Origin: an uncultured Chloroflexia bacterium
Lineage (GTDB): Bacteria; Chloroflexota; Anaerolineae; CG2-30-64-16
Assembly: GCA_963774265.1 (NCBI GenBank)
Contig: CAVZDU010000010.1
Span: 96,001-160,000 of the forward strand
DNA length: 64,000 bases
Reading direction: 5' to 3'
The notes beneath the pieces are model-generated. The model made no database searches, had not been told where the DNA came from, and saw nothing but the letters and a program-made list of their open reading frames with translations. Positions within the stretch are counted from its first letter, which is position 1; each line of letters starts with the position of its first letter. Positions 39,895 to 50,010 of this stretch are shown piece by piece. A program made the position numbers and the translations under genes.

Positions 39895-40443
39895 ATGTCC
39901 CAAGATTTCTACCCTGTTGATATCTGTGGAGTGAAGCGGAATTTGCCGTTGTTCGAGGTTGCGCCCAAGGTGCGCATCGCGTTGTTCAATATGCTTGGTG
40001 ACTACGAGGTGGTCGAGGCGCTTGCTGGATGGCTGGCGGAGCGCGTGCCGGCCGACGCTGATGCCATTATGACGGCAGAAGTGAAAAGCATCCCGCTGGC
40101 GCATGCACTTGCGGTACGGATGAAGATGCCCTACGTCGTCGCTCGTAAGACCCGGAAGCCATACATGTTGGGTTCCGTGAGTGTCGAGGTACTCTCCATC
40201 ACGACCGGCGCGCCCCAGACCCTGTGGCTTGACGGCAAGGATCTGCACCTGGTCAAGGGAAAGCGCATCATCCTGGTCGACGATGTGATTTCCACGGGCA
40301 GCACGCTGGTGGGGATGCGTACGCTCGTGAATGAGGCCGGAGGCGAGGTGATCGCCGAGGCAGCCGCCTTCACCGAGGGTAACGATCCCGAGAAGTGGAA
40401 GCACATTATCGCAGTGGCGAATTTGCCGGTTTTCGAAGGTTAA
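39895..40443 (+). CDS. purine (adenine-type) phosphoribosyltransferase family protein
   Basis: ARK and LVDDVISTGST (PRPP-binding) motifs; AGGAG RBS. Confidence 0.82.
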   Translation: MSQDFYPVDICGVKRNLPLFEVAPKVRIALFNMLGDYEVVEALAGWLAERVPADADAIMTAEVKSIPLAHALAVRMKMPYVVARKTRKPYMLGSVSVEVLSITTGAPQTLWLDGKDLHLVKGKRIILVDDVISTGSTLVGMRTLVNEAGGEVIAEAAAFTEGNDPEKWKHIIAVANLPVFEG

Positions 40444-41520
40444 ATGGTCATAGAGAAGGTTGCGGCCATCAACCGCCGCTACGATGAACTAAATGAAATG
40501 ATGGCAGATTCGGCCGTGGCCACGGACCCGGGGCGGCTATCTGAGTTGGCGCGTGAACAATCCGAGATCGAACCGGTCGTCACTGAGTTTCGCGCGTATC
40601 TGGCAGCCCAGGCCGAACTGGATGGTGCCAGAGAGCTCGTTGCAGATGGGAGCGACGAGGAGATGGCCGAGCTGGCGCAGGCCGAAATCGAGCGACTGGA
40701 AGCGGAGCAATCTGGCCGCGAGGAACGTTTGCGTCTGCTGCTATTGCCGAAGGATCCGGCCGACGACAGGAACGTCATCGTCGAAGTCCGGGCAGGCACG
40801 GGCGGTGACGAAGCCGCCCTTTTTGCCGGCGATCTTCTCCGCATGTACGCGCGTTGGGCCGAACAACACGGGCTCAAGACGGACATCTTGAGCCAGTCAG
40901 AGACAGGTATTGGCGGCTTCAAGGAAGTTATCTTCCAGGTGAAAGGCCATGGTGCCTATTCCCGTCTCAAATTCGAAAGCGGGGTCCACCGTGTTCAGCG
41001 TGTGCCGGTGACCGAGGCCCAAGGCCGCATTCACACCTCCACAGCGACCGTGGCGGTGCTTCCCGAGGCCACCGAAGTGGATGTGCAGATCGCGGCTCAA
41101 GATGTGCGCGTGGATGTGTTTCGGGCCACCGGACCAGGCGGCCAGAGCGTCAATACCACTGACTCGGCCATCCGGGTGACCCACCTGCCGACGGGGCTGG
41201 TTGTAAGTTGCCAGGATGAGAAGTCGCAGCTCCAGAACCGGACCAAAGCGATGGCGATCCTGAGGGCACGGCTTTACCAGATGGAGCTGGAGCGGTTGGC
41301 AAGTGAACGCAGCGAGGCGCGGCGGAGCCAGGTGGGAAGTGGGGAGCGAAGTGAGAAGATCCGTACTTACAATTTCCCACAGAATCGGGTCACCGACCAT
41401 CGCATCGGCAAGACGACACATAACCTGATCGGATTCCTGGATGGTGATCTGGACGATTTCATCGAAGAGCTGGCGACAACAGATCAGACCGATCGGTTAG
41501 AAGCTATCGGCGAGGAATGA
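40444..41520 (+). CDS. prfA: peptide chain release factor 1
   Basis: [21 protein letters not shown] (PxT), GGQ and RTYNFPQNR motifs. Confidence 0.97.
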   Translation: MVIEKVAAINRRYDELNEMMADSAVATDPGRLSELAREQSEIEPVVTEFRAYLAAQAELDGARELVADGSDEEMAELAQAEIERLEAEQSGREERLRLLLLPKDPADDRNVIVEVRAGTGGDEAALFAGDLLRMYARWAEQHGLKTDILSQSETGIGGFKEVIFQVKGHGAYSRLKFESGVHRVQRVPVTEAQGRIHTSTATVAVLPEATEVDVQIAAQDVRVDVFRATGPGGQSVNTTDSAIRVTHLPTGLVVSCQDEKSQLQNRTKAMAILRARLYQMELERLASERSEARRSQVGSGERSEKIRTYNFPQNRVTDHRIGKTTHNLIGFLDGDLDDFIEELATTDQTDRLEAIGEE

Positions 41521-41529
41521 GAAACACAA

Positions 41530-42549
41530 GTGAAGACAAACCCCATGTCGGAGACGCCCCGTTGGAGGGGTGTTCACGGCAACGATGCCGGCGAGCTCGC
41601 AGCCAGCACGGTTGGCTTGCGTGGAAGCCCATGCGTAGAGGACAAACGGTTTCAGATTTTGTGGTCTCTGGATCGCTCCAGCGACGTGGGCAGGGCGCTG
41701 TTGGCTGCGAAACGCCGCTTGGGTGAGGTCGAAATCGAGACCGCCCAGCTTGATGCGGCGGTTTTGCTTTCATCGGTTCTGGGCGTCAATAAGGCGTGGC
41801 TTTACGCCCATCCAACCCGACAGTTATCCGAAGGGGAGATCGTTCGTTACGAGGAACTGGTTCGCCGGCGCATGTGTTACGAACCGGTGGCCTACCTGGT
41901 AGGGTATAAGCCTTTCTATGGGCTAGACATAACCGTAGACAACCGGGTTCTCATTCCTCGGCCAGAGACCGAGCTTCTTGTTGAACGGGCGCTGGCGCAC
42001 GCGCAGCGGCTCATTCGCGAGGGACAGCCACCGGTTGTAGCGGATATCGGCACGGGCAGCGGCGCCATCGCCATCGCGCTAGCAGTCAATGCGCCCGAAG
42101 TGATGGTGTATGCCACGGACGTGTCACCCGCTTGTATTGAGGTGGCTGAGAAAAATATCTGGCGCTACGGAGTGGCGGAGCAGGTGCATTTGGTGCCTGG
42201 GCACCTTATGGAGTGCCTCCCGGAGCCAGTGGACATCGTTGTAGCGAACTTGCCTTATATCGCAACATCCGACTTGGCGAACCTTCCGCCGCAGGTGCGT
42301 GATTACGAGCCTGTGCTGGCTTTGGATGGCGGGCATGACGGATGTGATGTGTTGCGAAGCCTTGTCCAGAGCCTCGCGTCCCCGCAGGGACGGGCGAAAC
42401 TGAAGCCCGGCGCGGCTGTGTTTCTTGAGATCGGTGCAGACGAAGGCGCGACGATGCGCACCGTTGTCACCCAGGATTTGCCTGGCTGTGGCTGCAACGT
42501 CCTGGTCGACTACACTGGTCTGGATCGAGTTGTCGTTATCACAACCTGA
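41530..42549 (+). CDS. prmC: release factor glutamine methyltransferase
   Basis: LIPRPETE, DIGTGSG and NLPY motifs; follows prfA. The start is uncertain. Confidence 0.9.
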   Translation: MKTNPMSETPRWRGVHGNDAGELAASTVGLRGSPCVEDKRFQILWSLDRSSDVGRALLAAKRRLGEVEIETAQLDAAVLLSSVLGVNKAWLYAHPTRQLSEGEIVRYEELVRRRMCYEPVAYLVGYKPFYGLDITVDNRVLIPRPETELLVERALAHAQRLIREGQPPVVADIGTGSGAIAIALAVNAPEVMVYATDVSPACIEVAEKNIWRYGVAEQVHLVPGHLMECLPEPVDIVVANLPYIATSDLANLPPQVRDYEPVLALDGGHDGCDVLRSLVQSLASPQGRAKLKPGAAVFLEIGADEGATMRTVVTQDLPGCGCNVLVDYTGLDRVVVITT

Positions 42550-42574
42550 ATGAAGCTTCAACAGAAGGATTCTC

Positions 42575-43402
42575 TTGTACAAGCTGCTTGCGTTTGACTA
42601 TGATGGTACAGCTGCAGTCGATGGGAAACTGCCGACGGAACGAGTACGCCAGGCCGTAGCCGCAGCACGCACCCAGGGCGCGATTCTCGTCTTGGCCACC
42701 GGTCGGCCGTACGAGTCCGCGGCGCGTTATGCGCATGCACTGGATCTCGATGCGCCCGTAATCTGCTTCCAGGGTGCGATGGTGCGGGAGATTCGCGGCG
42801 AGAAACGCTCACTCTTCGTGGAGCCGGCCCCAGTTGACGCCATGTGCGAGATTTTGACGTTAGCCGACGAACGCGGGCTGGAACTGAACCTCTACAGCGA
42901 AGACCGTATGTATGTGGTTGATAGGGGCCGTTCGGCATCGTTCTATGAGCGGTGGTTCGGCATGGAGATCCAGTTTGTCAAGAGCTACCCCGAAATGTGC
43001 GACCTTTTTGCAGCGATGGGTAGATCGCCACTCAAGGGGCTCTTCATCGGCGCGTCTGAGACCAATGGCGCTTTTCGCGATGAATTGAGCGAGCGATTCG
43101 CCGGACGGCTCGCTGCTGTTCGCTCCCACGATATGTTTGTCGAAGTACATTCGACAGAGGCATCCAAGGGGCACGGTCTGCGCTTTCTTGCGCAACACTT
43201 TGGTGTGTCGCAGGGCGAAACAATCGCTGTGGGCGACTCGGGCAACGACTGCTCCATGATTGAGTGGGCGGGCTTAGGCGTGGCCATGTCCAACGCGTCG
43301 CCTGAGGTGCTCGCCATCGCCGATGTGATAGCCCCTTCGGTGACTGAAGACGGGCTGGCCGATGTTATCGAGCACTATATTCTCTCCAACGGCCGGGTTT
43401 GA
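42575..43402 (+). CDS. Cof-type HAD hydrolase (IIB)
   Basis: DYDGT, ATGR, SKG and GDSGND motifs. Confidence 0.88.
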   Translation: MYKLLAFDYDGTAAVDGKLPTERVRQAVAAARTQGAILVLATGRPYESAARYAHALDLDAPVICFQGAMVREIRGEKRSLFVEPAPVDAMCEILTLADERGLELNLYSEDRMYVVDRGRSASFYERWFGMEIQFVKSYPEMCDLFAAMGRSPLKGLFIGASETNGAFRDELSERFAGRLAAVRSHDMFVEVHSTEASKGHGLRFLAQHFGVSQGETIAVGDSGNDCSMIEWAGLGVAMSNASPEVLAIADVIAPSVTEDGLADVIEHYILSNGRV

Positions 43403-43980
43403 GCGCGCTGTCGCATTATTGCGCGGCAGGCGAATTGGTCGCGTTTCCAACGGACACCGTATACGGTGTCGGCGCATTGTGTTGGGAGGATGCGGCCGTC
43501 GCCAGGCTCTATGTTGCCAAACTACGCGCACTGGATAAAGCCATTCCTATTCTCTTGGCTGATATGAGCGATCTTGCGCTGGTGGCTGCGGAGTTGTCTC
43601 CTCTGTGCCTGAGGCTGGCCGAACGCTTCTGGCCAGGGCCCCTCACTCTGGTCGTCCCTAAGGCGGCGCGCGTGTCCTCCGCAGTGACTGCCGGTGGTGA
43701 GACTGTGGCAGTCCGGATTCCAGACCTGGCGTTGACGCGCGCTTTGATTCGCGCCGTGGGCGCGCCCCTGGCAACCACCAGCGCGAACCTGTCGGGTGCA
43801 CCGTCACCGGTCGCCGCTGAAGAAGTCGCGGAGCAATTGGGTCGGGGCGTTGCGATGATACTCGATGGCGGGAGATGCCCGGGCGGCACTGCCTCCACAG
43901 TGGTCGACGTCACCGGCCCGGCGCCGCGCATCCTGCGCGCTGGTCCCCTCACCTGCGAACAGATTCAGTCCGTGTTATAA
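43399..43980 (+). CDS. tsaC: L-threonylcarbamoyladenylate synthase (TsaC/YrdC)
   Basis: FPTDTVYG, FWPGPLT, AVRIP, TSANLSG and STVVD motifs. Confidence 0.9.
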   Translation: MSALSHYCAAGELVAFPTDTVYGVGALCWEDAAVARLYVAKLRALDKAIPILLADMSDLALVAAELSPLCLRLAERFWPGPLTLVVPKAARVSSAVTAGGETVAVRIPDLALTRALIRAVGAPLATTSANLSGAPSPVAAEEVAEQLGRGVAMILDGGRCPGGTASTVVDVTGPAPRILRAGPLTCEQIQSVL

Positions 43981-43987
43981 TCAGCAC

Positions 43988-45112
43988 ATGCTGATCGGGA
44001 TCGACGCCAGTCGCGCTGCGATCAAACACCGGACGGGGACCGAGACATACTCGGTGCACGTCATTCGCGAGTTACTGCGGTTGGGTCAACGGCATCAGTT
44101 CCGGCTCTACACGAACGGCGCCCTGCCGGTTGGGCTGTTGTGGTCAGGCGCCGCGCCCGCACACGCCGAAGTTCGCTCCATCCCGTTCCGGCGCCTGTGG
44201 ACGCACGTCCGTTTGAGTCTGGAGACTTTGGTGCGTGAGCCCGATGTACTGTTCGTCCCGGCGCATGTCCTGCCGTTGCTTCATCCACGGCGCAGTGTCG
44301 TAACAATCCATGATCTGGGCTATCTGCATTATCCTGACGCGGATACCGCCCGCGCCCGTGACTATCTGGACTGGTCCACCCGTTGGAGCGCACAACAGGC
44401 GACCGCCGTCCTGGCAGATTCCGAAGCCACGAAAGTTGATCTCGTGCGCTTTTATGGCGCCGAAATTGAGAAGGTCCACGTCGTCTACCTGGGACGGGAT
44501 GCCGGGCTGACACGGGTCACCGAATCACTCCACCTGGCGGAGGTGCGAGCGCGGTATGGTTTGGCACAGGAGTATCTGCTCTTTGTCGGCACGCTTCAGC
44601 CCCGTAAAAACCTTGAACGGATCGTTCATGCCTTTGAGCGCATCTGTGGTCGTTCGGATCTGGCCGAGACACAATTGGTCCTGGCAGGGAAGCGAGGCTG
44701 GCTTTATGAGACGCTGTTTAGCCAGGTGGCGCGAGCCGGGTTGCAGGGCCGCGTAGTCTTCCCGGGGTATGTGGCGGATGAAGACCTTGGCGCGCTCCTG
44801 AGTGGCGCAACGGCGTTCGTCTTTCCATCTCTTTACGAAGGGTTTGGCATCCCTGTGCTGGAAGCAGGAGGTTGCGGCGTGCCTGTCATCACTTCAAATA
44901 CATCTTCCTTGCCTGAGGTCGCTGGCGATGCCGCGCTGCTTGTCGATCCGCACGACGTCGATGCGATTGCCGACGCGATGTATCGACTGGTCACGGATGA
45001 ATCCTTGCGCGCTGAACTGGCCCGCCGTGGGTTGGAGAACGTCAAGCGGTTCTCCTGGGACAAGTGTGCGCGTGAGACGCTGGCAGTCCTGGAGAGCGTG
45101 GCAAAGAAGTGA
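43988..45112 (+). CDS. GT4 family glycosyltransferase
   Basis: TIHDL, GTLQPRKN and FPSLYEGFGIPVLEA motifs. Confidence 0.9.
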   Translation: MLIGIDASRAAIKHRTGTETYSVHVIRELLRLGQRHQFRLYTNGALPVGLLWSGAAPAHAEVRSIPFRRLWTHVRLSLETLVREPDVLFVPAHVLPLLHPRRSVVTIHDLGYLHYPDADTARARDYLDWSTRWSAQQATAVLADSEATKVDLVRFYGAEIEKVHVVYLGRDAGLTRVTESLHLAEVRARYGLAQEYLLFVGTLQPRKNLERIVHAFERICGRSDLAETQLVLAGKRGWLYETLFSQVARAGLQGRVVFPGYVADEDLGALLSGATAFVFPSLYEGFGIPVLEAGGCGVPVITSNTSSLPEVAGDAALLVDPHDVDAIADAMYRLVTDESLRAELARRGLENVKRFSWDKCARETLAVLESVAKK

Positions 45113-45858
45113 ATCGCGGGTCTGTTCGCATTCTTGGTGTGCGCGTCGATGCCGTTACCTTCGACGGAATGCTCGATCGAATCGGGGCGTGGATCCTAGA
45201 GAGCGGTTCGCATCAGGTCTGCACTGTCAATCCCGAGTTTGTCATGGAAGCGCGTCGGAACGCTGCCTTTGCTGCGGTGTTGGAGGCGGCCGATCTGTGC
45301 ATCCCTGACGGCGTGGGGTTGCTCTGGGCAGCCAAACACTTGGGACACCGGCTGCCGGAGCGGGTGACGGGCTCCGACGGTGTGCCGATGATTGCGGCGC
45401 GTGCAGCCAAACAGGGCTGGCGGCTGTTCCTGCTGGGTGCGGCGCCTGGCGTGGCAGCCCGGGCAGGCGAACGGCTGGCAGAACTCCATCCCAGTCTTCA
45501 AGTCGTTGGCGCCTACTCCGGCACTCCGGCGGATGCTGATGCACCGGAAATCATTGCTCGCATCGCGGCCGTCCGTCCTGACATCCTGTTCGTTGCGTAC
45601 GGTGCGCCAAAGCAGGATCTCTGGATTGCCAGGCATTCTGCAGCCCTGGGGGTGCCGGTTATGATGGGGGTCGGCGGATCGCTGGATTTTGTTGTTGGTG
45701 CTCAGAAGCGCGCGCCAAAGTGGTTGCAGCAACTGAATTTGGAGTGGCTCTACCGGCTGATCGTTCAGCCGTGGCGCTGGCGGCGCCAGATGGCATTACC
45801 CAGGTTTGTGCTGGCCGTGATCAAGGAGAAGTATCTTGGGCCTCGTCTTGAGCCTTAG
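45109..45858 (+). CDS. WecB/TagA/CpsF family glycosyltransferase
   Basis: TVNPE, PDG, ERVTGSD, GAPKQD, GVGGSLD and EWLYRL motifs. Confidence 0.92.
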   Translation: MNRGSVRILGVRVDAVTFDGMLDRIGAWILESGSHQVCTVNPEFVMEARRNAAFAAVLEAADLCIPDGVGLLWAAKHLGHRLPERVTGSDGVPMIAARAAKQGWRLFLLGAAPGVAARAGERLAELHPSLQVVGAYSGTPADADAPEIIARIAAVRPDILFVAYGAPKQDLWIARHSAALGVPVMMGVGGSLDFVVGAQKRAPKWLQQLNLEWLYRLIVQPWRWRRQMALPRFVLAVIKEKYLGPRLEP

Positions 45859-46315
45859 CGAAGCCGTTGCGTGGCGGCGTGGGCAGTCCGGCGTGGTGGT
45901 ATTCACCAACGGCCATTTCGACCTGTTGCACATCGGGCATGTGCGCTATCTTCAGGCGGCACGTGCGCTGGGCGACGCCCTTATCATCGGTCTGAATAGC
46001 GACGCATCGTGTGCAGCCCGAAAGCCGGGCCGGCCCCTGGTCCCCGAAGCGGATCGGGCAGAACTGCTGGCAGCATTGGGGTGCGTCGACGCGGTTGTGA
46101 TCTTCGACGACTTGACTGCTATCGGGTTGGTCGAGGCGCTTCAGCCGACGATTTACGTGAAGGGAGGGGACTGGGGGCGGCCCGGCGGACCTTATCCACC
46201 CGAAGCCGCCATTGTGGAAGCCTATGGGGGACGGGTGGCTTACCTGCCTTATGTTCCCGACCGGTCCACCACGCTGATCATTCAACGGATTCGTTCGTTG
46301 CCCGAACCGGCATAG
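45836..46315 (+). CDS. cytidylyltransferase (RfaE domain II/TagD-like)
   Basis: TNGHFDLLHIGH, GLNSD, KGGD and STT motifs. Confidence 0.85.
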   Translation: MGLVLSLSEAVAWRRGQSGVVVFTNGHFDLLHIGHVRYLQAARALGDALIIGLNSDASCAARKPGRPLVPEADRAELLAALGCVDAVVIFDDLTAIGLVEALQPTIYVKGGDWGRPGGPYPPEAAIVEAYGGRVAYLPYVPDRSTTLIIQRIRSLPEPA

Positions 46316-46336
46316 CCGCCTCGTCAGAATGCTGCG

Positions 46337-47947
46337 ATGAGTCCCTCAGCCTTGGAAGGCACGCAAAGCAACCGTAGCACCGCGAGCGGGGGCTTGGCGC
46401 GCTCTGCAGGCATCCTCGGCTTGGGAAACATCGCCAGTCGCGTCATAGGTCTGGCGCGCGAGTCGGTCATCTCCGGTTTCTTTGGCGCAAGTGGGCAACT
46501 GGATGCGTTTCGCCTTGCCGCCCGCCTGCCTACGATGGTCTACGACCTACTGGTCGGTGGCATGCTGAGCGCGGCGCTCGTTCCTGTCTTCAGCGAATAC
46601 GGCCGGACCGATCGGCGCGATGAGCTAGCCAAGGTGGCCAGCGCGGTCTTCAGCCTCATCGCCCTGGCCATGGGTATTGTAGTTCTCCTCATTGAGGTTT
46701 TCGCGGGCCCGTTGGCAGGCGTGCTCGGCAACTTCGAAAATCCCGAGCTCCAGCAGGTTCTGGAGAACTGCCTGCGCATCATTGCGCCAGCCGTGCTCTT
46801 GTTCGGCATTACCGGGGGCGTCACTGGCCTGCTCTACGCGCTGCGAAGGTTTAGCTACACGGCCATCAGCGGAGCTGTGTTCAACCTCGGCATCGTCGTC
46901 CTGACGCCTTTGCTCGCCCGGCGTTTCGGCATCTACGTGTTGCCACTGGGTATCGTGGCTGGCAGCCTGATGCAGCTGGCTGTCACGGCGCCGGGGCTGC
47001 GTGATCTGCGCATCCGATTGGGTGCGACGTGGGGCCACCCTGCTGTGCGGCGGATCGGGCGGCTCTATATACCCATCGCACTAGGGCTCGTCGTCACTCA
47101 ATTCCAAATCATTGTTGACGGCCGATGGGCGTCGGCCGCGGGCGAGCAGAGCGTAAGCTGGATGGGGTTTGCCACCACGCTGATCCAATTGCCGCTGGGA
47201 TTGGTGCCCGTGGCGGTGTCACTGGCGGCCCTCCCGAGCCTTTCGCAGTTCGCGGTCGAGCGGGACTGGGACGGCTTCCGAGATATATTCGGTAGAGGGT
47301 TGCGACTTGTCTTGGTGTTGCTCATCCCGGCAACCGTTGGCCTGTGGGTGATGGCTGAGCCGGTCCTCCGGTTGCTGTTTCAGCACGGTGATTTCTCGAG
47401 CCATGACACGGTGATGACGGCGCGTGCTCTGCGCTATTACCTTATCGGATTGCCGTTTGCAGGTGTCGACTTTCTTCTGAACTACACCTTCTACGCGCGT
47501 CAAAACACACGCACGCCAGCCACTGTTGGTGTCATTTCCGTGGGCTTCTACTTTGCTACGGCGCTTCTTTTGAAGGGTCCCCTCGGATTTCTGGGGCTAG
47601 TCCTGGCGGATTCAGCCAAGCAAGCCGGACATGCCGTCATTATGAGCATTCTGCTTCTGCGCAGCGTTGGCCGGCTCCACCGGCAGGATATCCTTCGTAC
47701 GCTGGGAACGGCTGGCGGCGTTGCGCTTCTCATGGGCATTGGTGTCTCGATTCTGGTACAGGGCCTGGGCCCTGTCATTCCCAACGGCAAGCTCGGAGCA
47801 CTGCTCACTGTTGCCGTTGGCGGTGGGCTGGGCGGCGTCTTCTATCTGGGTGCGCTGCGACTGCTGGGCATTCACGAAGTCACCCGGCTGGTCGATGGAA
47901 TCCTTGGGAAGGTGCTGAGGCGCAAGAACAATTCTAACGGAAATTGA
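46337..47947 (+). CDS. murJ: MurJ/MviN-family flippase (copy 2)
   Basis: SRVIGLARE, GGMLSAALVPVF, QLPLG and FYARQNTRTP motifs. Confidence 0.88.
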   Translation: MSPSALEGTQSNRSTASGGLARSAGILGLGNIASRVIGLARESVISGFFGASGQLDAFRLAARLPTMVYDLLVGGMLSAALVPVFSEYGRTDRRDELAKVASAVFSLIALAMGIVVLLIEVFAGPLAGVLGNFENPELQQVLENCLRIIAPAVLLFGITGGVTGLLYALRRFSYTAISGAVFNLGIVVLTPLLARRFGIYVLPLGIVAGSLMQLAVTAPGLRDLRIRLGATWGHPAVRRIGRLYIPIALGLVVTQFQIIVDGRWASAAGEQSVSWMGFATTLIQLPLGLVPVAVSLAALPSLSQFAVERDWDGFRDIFGRGLRLVLVLLIPATVGLWVMAEPVLRLLFQHGDFSSHDTVMTARALRYYLIGLPFAGVDFLLNYTFYARQNTRTPATVGVISVGFYFATALLLKGPLGFLGLVLADSAKQAGHAVIMSILLLRSVGRLHRQDILRTLGTAGGVALLMGIGVSILVQGLGPVIPNGKLGALLTVAVGGGLGGVFYLGALRLLGIHEVTRLVDGILGKVLRRKNNSNGN

Positions 47948-47972
47948 CGATCTTGGGCTGCATGACTATAAT
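47944..47972 (+). promoter_or_regulatory. near-consensus sigma70 promoter
   Basis: TTGACG-17nt-TATAAT. Confidence 0.7.
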
Positions 47973-48013
47973 GACACAGTTTGAAATCATTCATCCGCAA
48001 GAGGTTATCTCGA

Positions 48014-48361
48014 ATGGCCAAGCAGAAAAAGGTTCAGTCTCGCCGTGTGCCGCGTGCATCGAATCCACGTATGTATGGTGACGGCAAGTCGTCTGAGACT
48101 ACGGATAACACACAGGCAGCGACCCAGCCAACGACGTCTGGCATCCGAACCGCAGGTTCGGGCGGCGCCAGCGTCACTCCGGCTGTGCGCAGTGCAGGCA
48201 CGACGCCTCGCACCTCGACCGGTGCTGGCGGTTCCTACGCGCTGCGGGGCTTGAGTATGACCACCGATTACACCTATGTCCGGCAGGACTTGCGCCGGCT
48301 GGGCGTTGTGGCTGCGTCCATTCTCGGCCTTCTCGTGGTTCTTTCGATCGTTATCCCTTGA
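48014..48361 (+). CDS. small tail-anchored hypothetical protein
   Basis: GAGG RBS; basic, disordered N-terminus; DYTYVRQDLRR followed by one C-terminal TM helix; has its own promoter and terminator. Confidence 0.7.
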   Translation: MAKQKKVQSRRVPRASNPRMYGDGKSSETTDNTQAATQPTTSGIRTAGSGGASVTPAVRSAGTTPRTSTGAGGSYALRGLSMTTDYTYVRQDLRRLGVVAASILGLLVVLSIVIP

Positions 48362-48378
48362 TCGAATAGCAGCGCAGG

Positions 48379-48416
48379 AAAGGGGCCTTGGCTGGTCGAC
48401 CAGCCAGGCCCTTTTT
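48379..48416. terminator. intrinsic (bidirectional) terminator
   Basis: AAAGGGGCCTTGGCTGG-tcga-CCAGCCAGGCCC-TTTTT. Confidence 0.8.
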
Positions 48417-48419
48417 GAT

Positions 48420-49202
48420 TTAATCCTCTTGGGCCGGAGACGGTTCGATCGGCAAAGGGAACCAACCTGTCATCAGCGTTTCAACTGCGATATGGACGAT
48501 CAGGCATAACCACAGGTTGCGCGTCATCACGAACAGGCCGGTGGTGGTTACAGCGAGAGTCACTCGACGGAGCAGGGCCTGAGCATCGCCTGTTCGACCC
48601 AGCGTCGAACGGCTGAAAGGATCAAGCACCCATTCCGTTCCGGCCACCGCCAGCCCCAACCACGCACCCCAGTACAAGGGCTGGTCGTGGAACGCGCCGG
48701 TCAGGCGTGTTAGCGCGGGGAACTCCGGCGCGGTAAGTGGTGCAAGCATCAACCATTCGGCCACGGCGGCGCGGTAGAATGTCCAGTGCCACTGGTGCAG
48801 TGCACCTTCGACCGGTGCGCGCAAGGCCGGAATGATCCGCGCCATGCCGCGGGGAAGAGGGCCCTCGGGCAATGAACGACGATAAATCAGCCAGCCGAAC
48901 ACCATTCCGCCTACAATGATTCCGGACAGCGCCATCCCATCCGACAGGGTGGTGGGCCAGTTGACTTCCGTAAGGCCGAGTGTATACGGAGACAGGATGC
49001 CCTCTCGCATTGCGAGGTACGGTGGCAGCAGATAGATCAGCGCCAGGATCAGCCAGCCCAGCGGCGCCAAGGGTCCGTGGCGAAACCTGGACTGTACGGA
49101 GCGACCGCGAACCGCAAGCCAGGTCAGGTTCGTTGCAGCGATGATCAACAGGAAACTGCCGGTCAGCCAGGCGGCGGGGTTGGACGGATCGGTTAAGCCC
49201 AT
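48420..49202 (-). CDS. hypothetical integral membrane protein (distant CPBP/Abi-like)
   Basis: Several TM helices; HWTFYRA and TRNLWLCLIVH motifs. Confidence 0.6.
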   Translation of the reverse strand: MGLTDPSNPAAWLTGSFLLIIAATNLTWLAVRGRSVQSRFRHGPLAPLGWLILALIYLLPPYLAMREGILSPYTLGLTEVNWPTTLSDGMALSGIIVGGMVFGWLIYRRSLPEGPLPRGMARIIPALRAPVEGALHQWHWTFYRAAVAEWLMLAPLTAPEFPALTRLTGAFHDQPLYWGAWLGLAVAGTEWVLDPFSRSTLGRTGDAQALLRRVTLAVTTTGLFVMTRNLWLCLIVHIAVETLMTGWFPLPIEPSPAQED

Positions 49203-49383
49203 GCCTCGATTGTAGCGCAGATCGCACCTCAGGCCAAAGTAAATAGGAAGAGGATGAATATTCCTGGCTTCGTGAATCCGATGGCGTAAGGACGTGTCGG
49301 AGGACACCTCGAAGGACGGGGTCCTGGTAAGATCATGTCATAAAAGTCGATCAGACGAAAACATTTACTTGAGGAGACAACCA

Positions 49384-49935
49384 ATGTCCTGGAAAATTGA
49401 TACTTCGCACACCACGATAGAATTTGGTGTAAAGCATATGATGGTCACGACCGTGCGCGGTCGGTTTAACAAGTTCGACGGGGTAGTTACTGAAGATCCC
49501 AGCAACCTGTTGAATTCGAAGATTGAAGGATGGGTGGATCTGACCAGTGTGGACACCCATGATGCAAATCGTGACGCTCATCTGCGCTCTCCAGATTTCT
49601 TTGACGCTGAGAAATTCCCCCGCATGACCTTTGTTAGCAAACGCATCGAGAAGACCGGCGGGGATCAATACAAGGTCACGGGCGAATTGACCGTCAAAGG
49701 GGTCACGCGCGAAATCGTGTTTGACGTCTCCAACGAGGGCCAGTACAAGAACCCGTGGGGTGGCACAGTTTGGGGTCTGACCGCCAATGCCGCCTTGAAT
49801 CGCAAAGATTTCGGTTTGAATTGGAACGTTGCTCTCGAAACCGGCGGGTTGCTGGTCGGCGAGCAGGTTAAAATCCGGGTGGAGATGGAACTGGTGCAGG
49901 TCGTCGACGAACCAGCAGTGGCAGTCGCCGCCTGA
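49384..49935 (+). CDS. YceI family protein
   Basis: WKIDTSHT, RDAHLRSPDFFD, GELTVKGVTR and RKDFGLNWN motifs. Confidence 0.92.
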   Translation: MSWKIDTSHTTIEFGVKHMMVTTVRGRFNKFDGVVTEDPSNLLNSKIEGWVDLTSVDTHDANRDAHLRSPDFFDAEKFPRMTFVSKRIEKTGGDQYKVTGELTVKGVTREIVFDVSNEGQYKNPWGGTVWGLTANAALNRKDFGLNWNVALETGGLLVGEQVKIRVEMELVQVVDEPAVAVAA

Positions 49936-49957
49936 GCGAAACGCTCTTCGGCATTCG

Positions 49958-49997
49958 GACGCGAGGTCACACAAGATGTTCTTTGTGACCTCGTGTC
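49958..49997. other. intergenic 14-bp stem-loop after yceI
   Basis: GACGCGAGGTCACA pairs with TGTGACCTCGTGTC; no U-tract. Confidence 0.55.
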
Positions 49998-50010
49998 GTC
50001 GCGTTAAGAG

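Noticed and set aside
41530-41690. N-terminal extension of PrmC as a new domain
   Set aside because: The start codon is uncertain and there is no recognisable motif, so it cannot be supported without an alignment.
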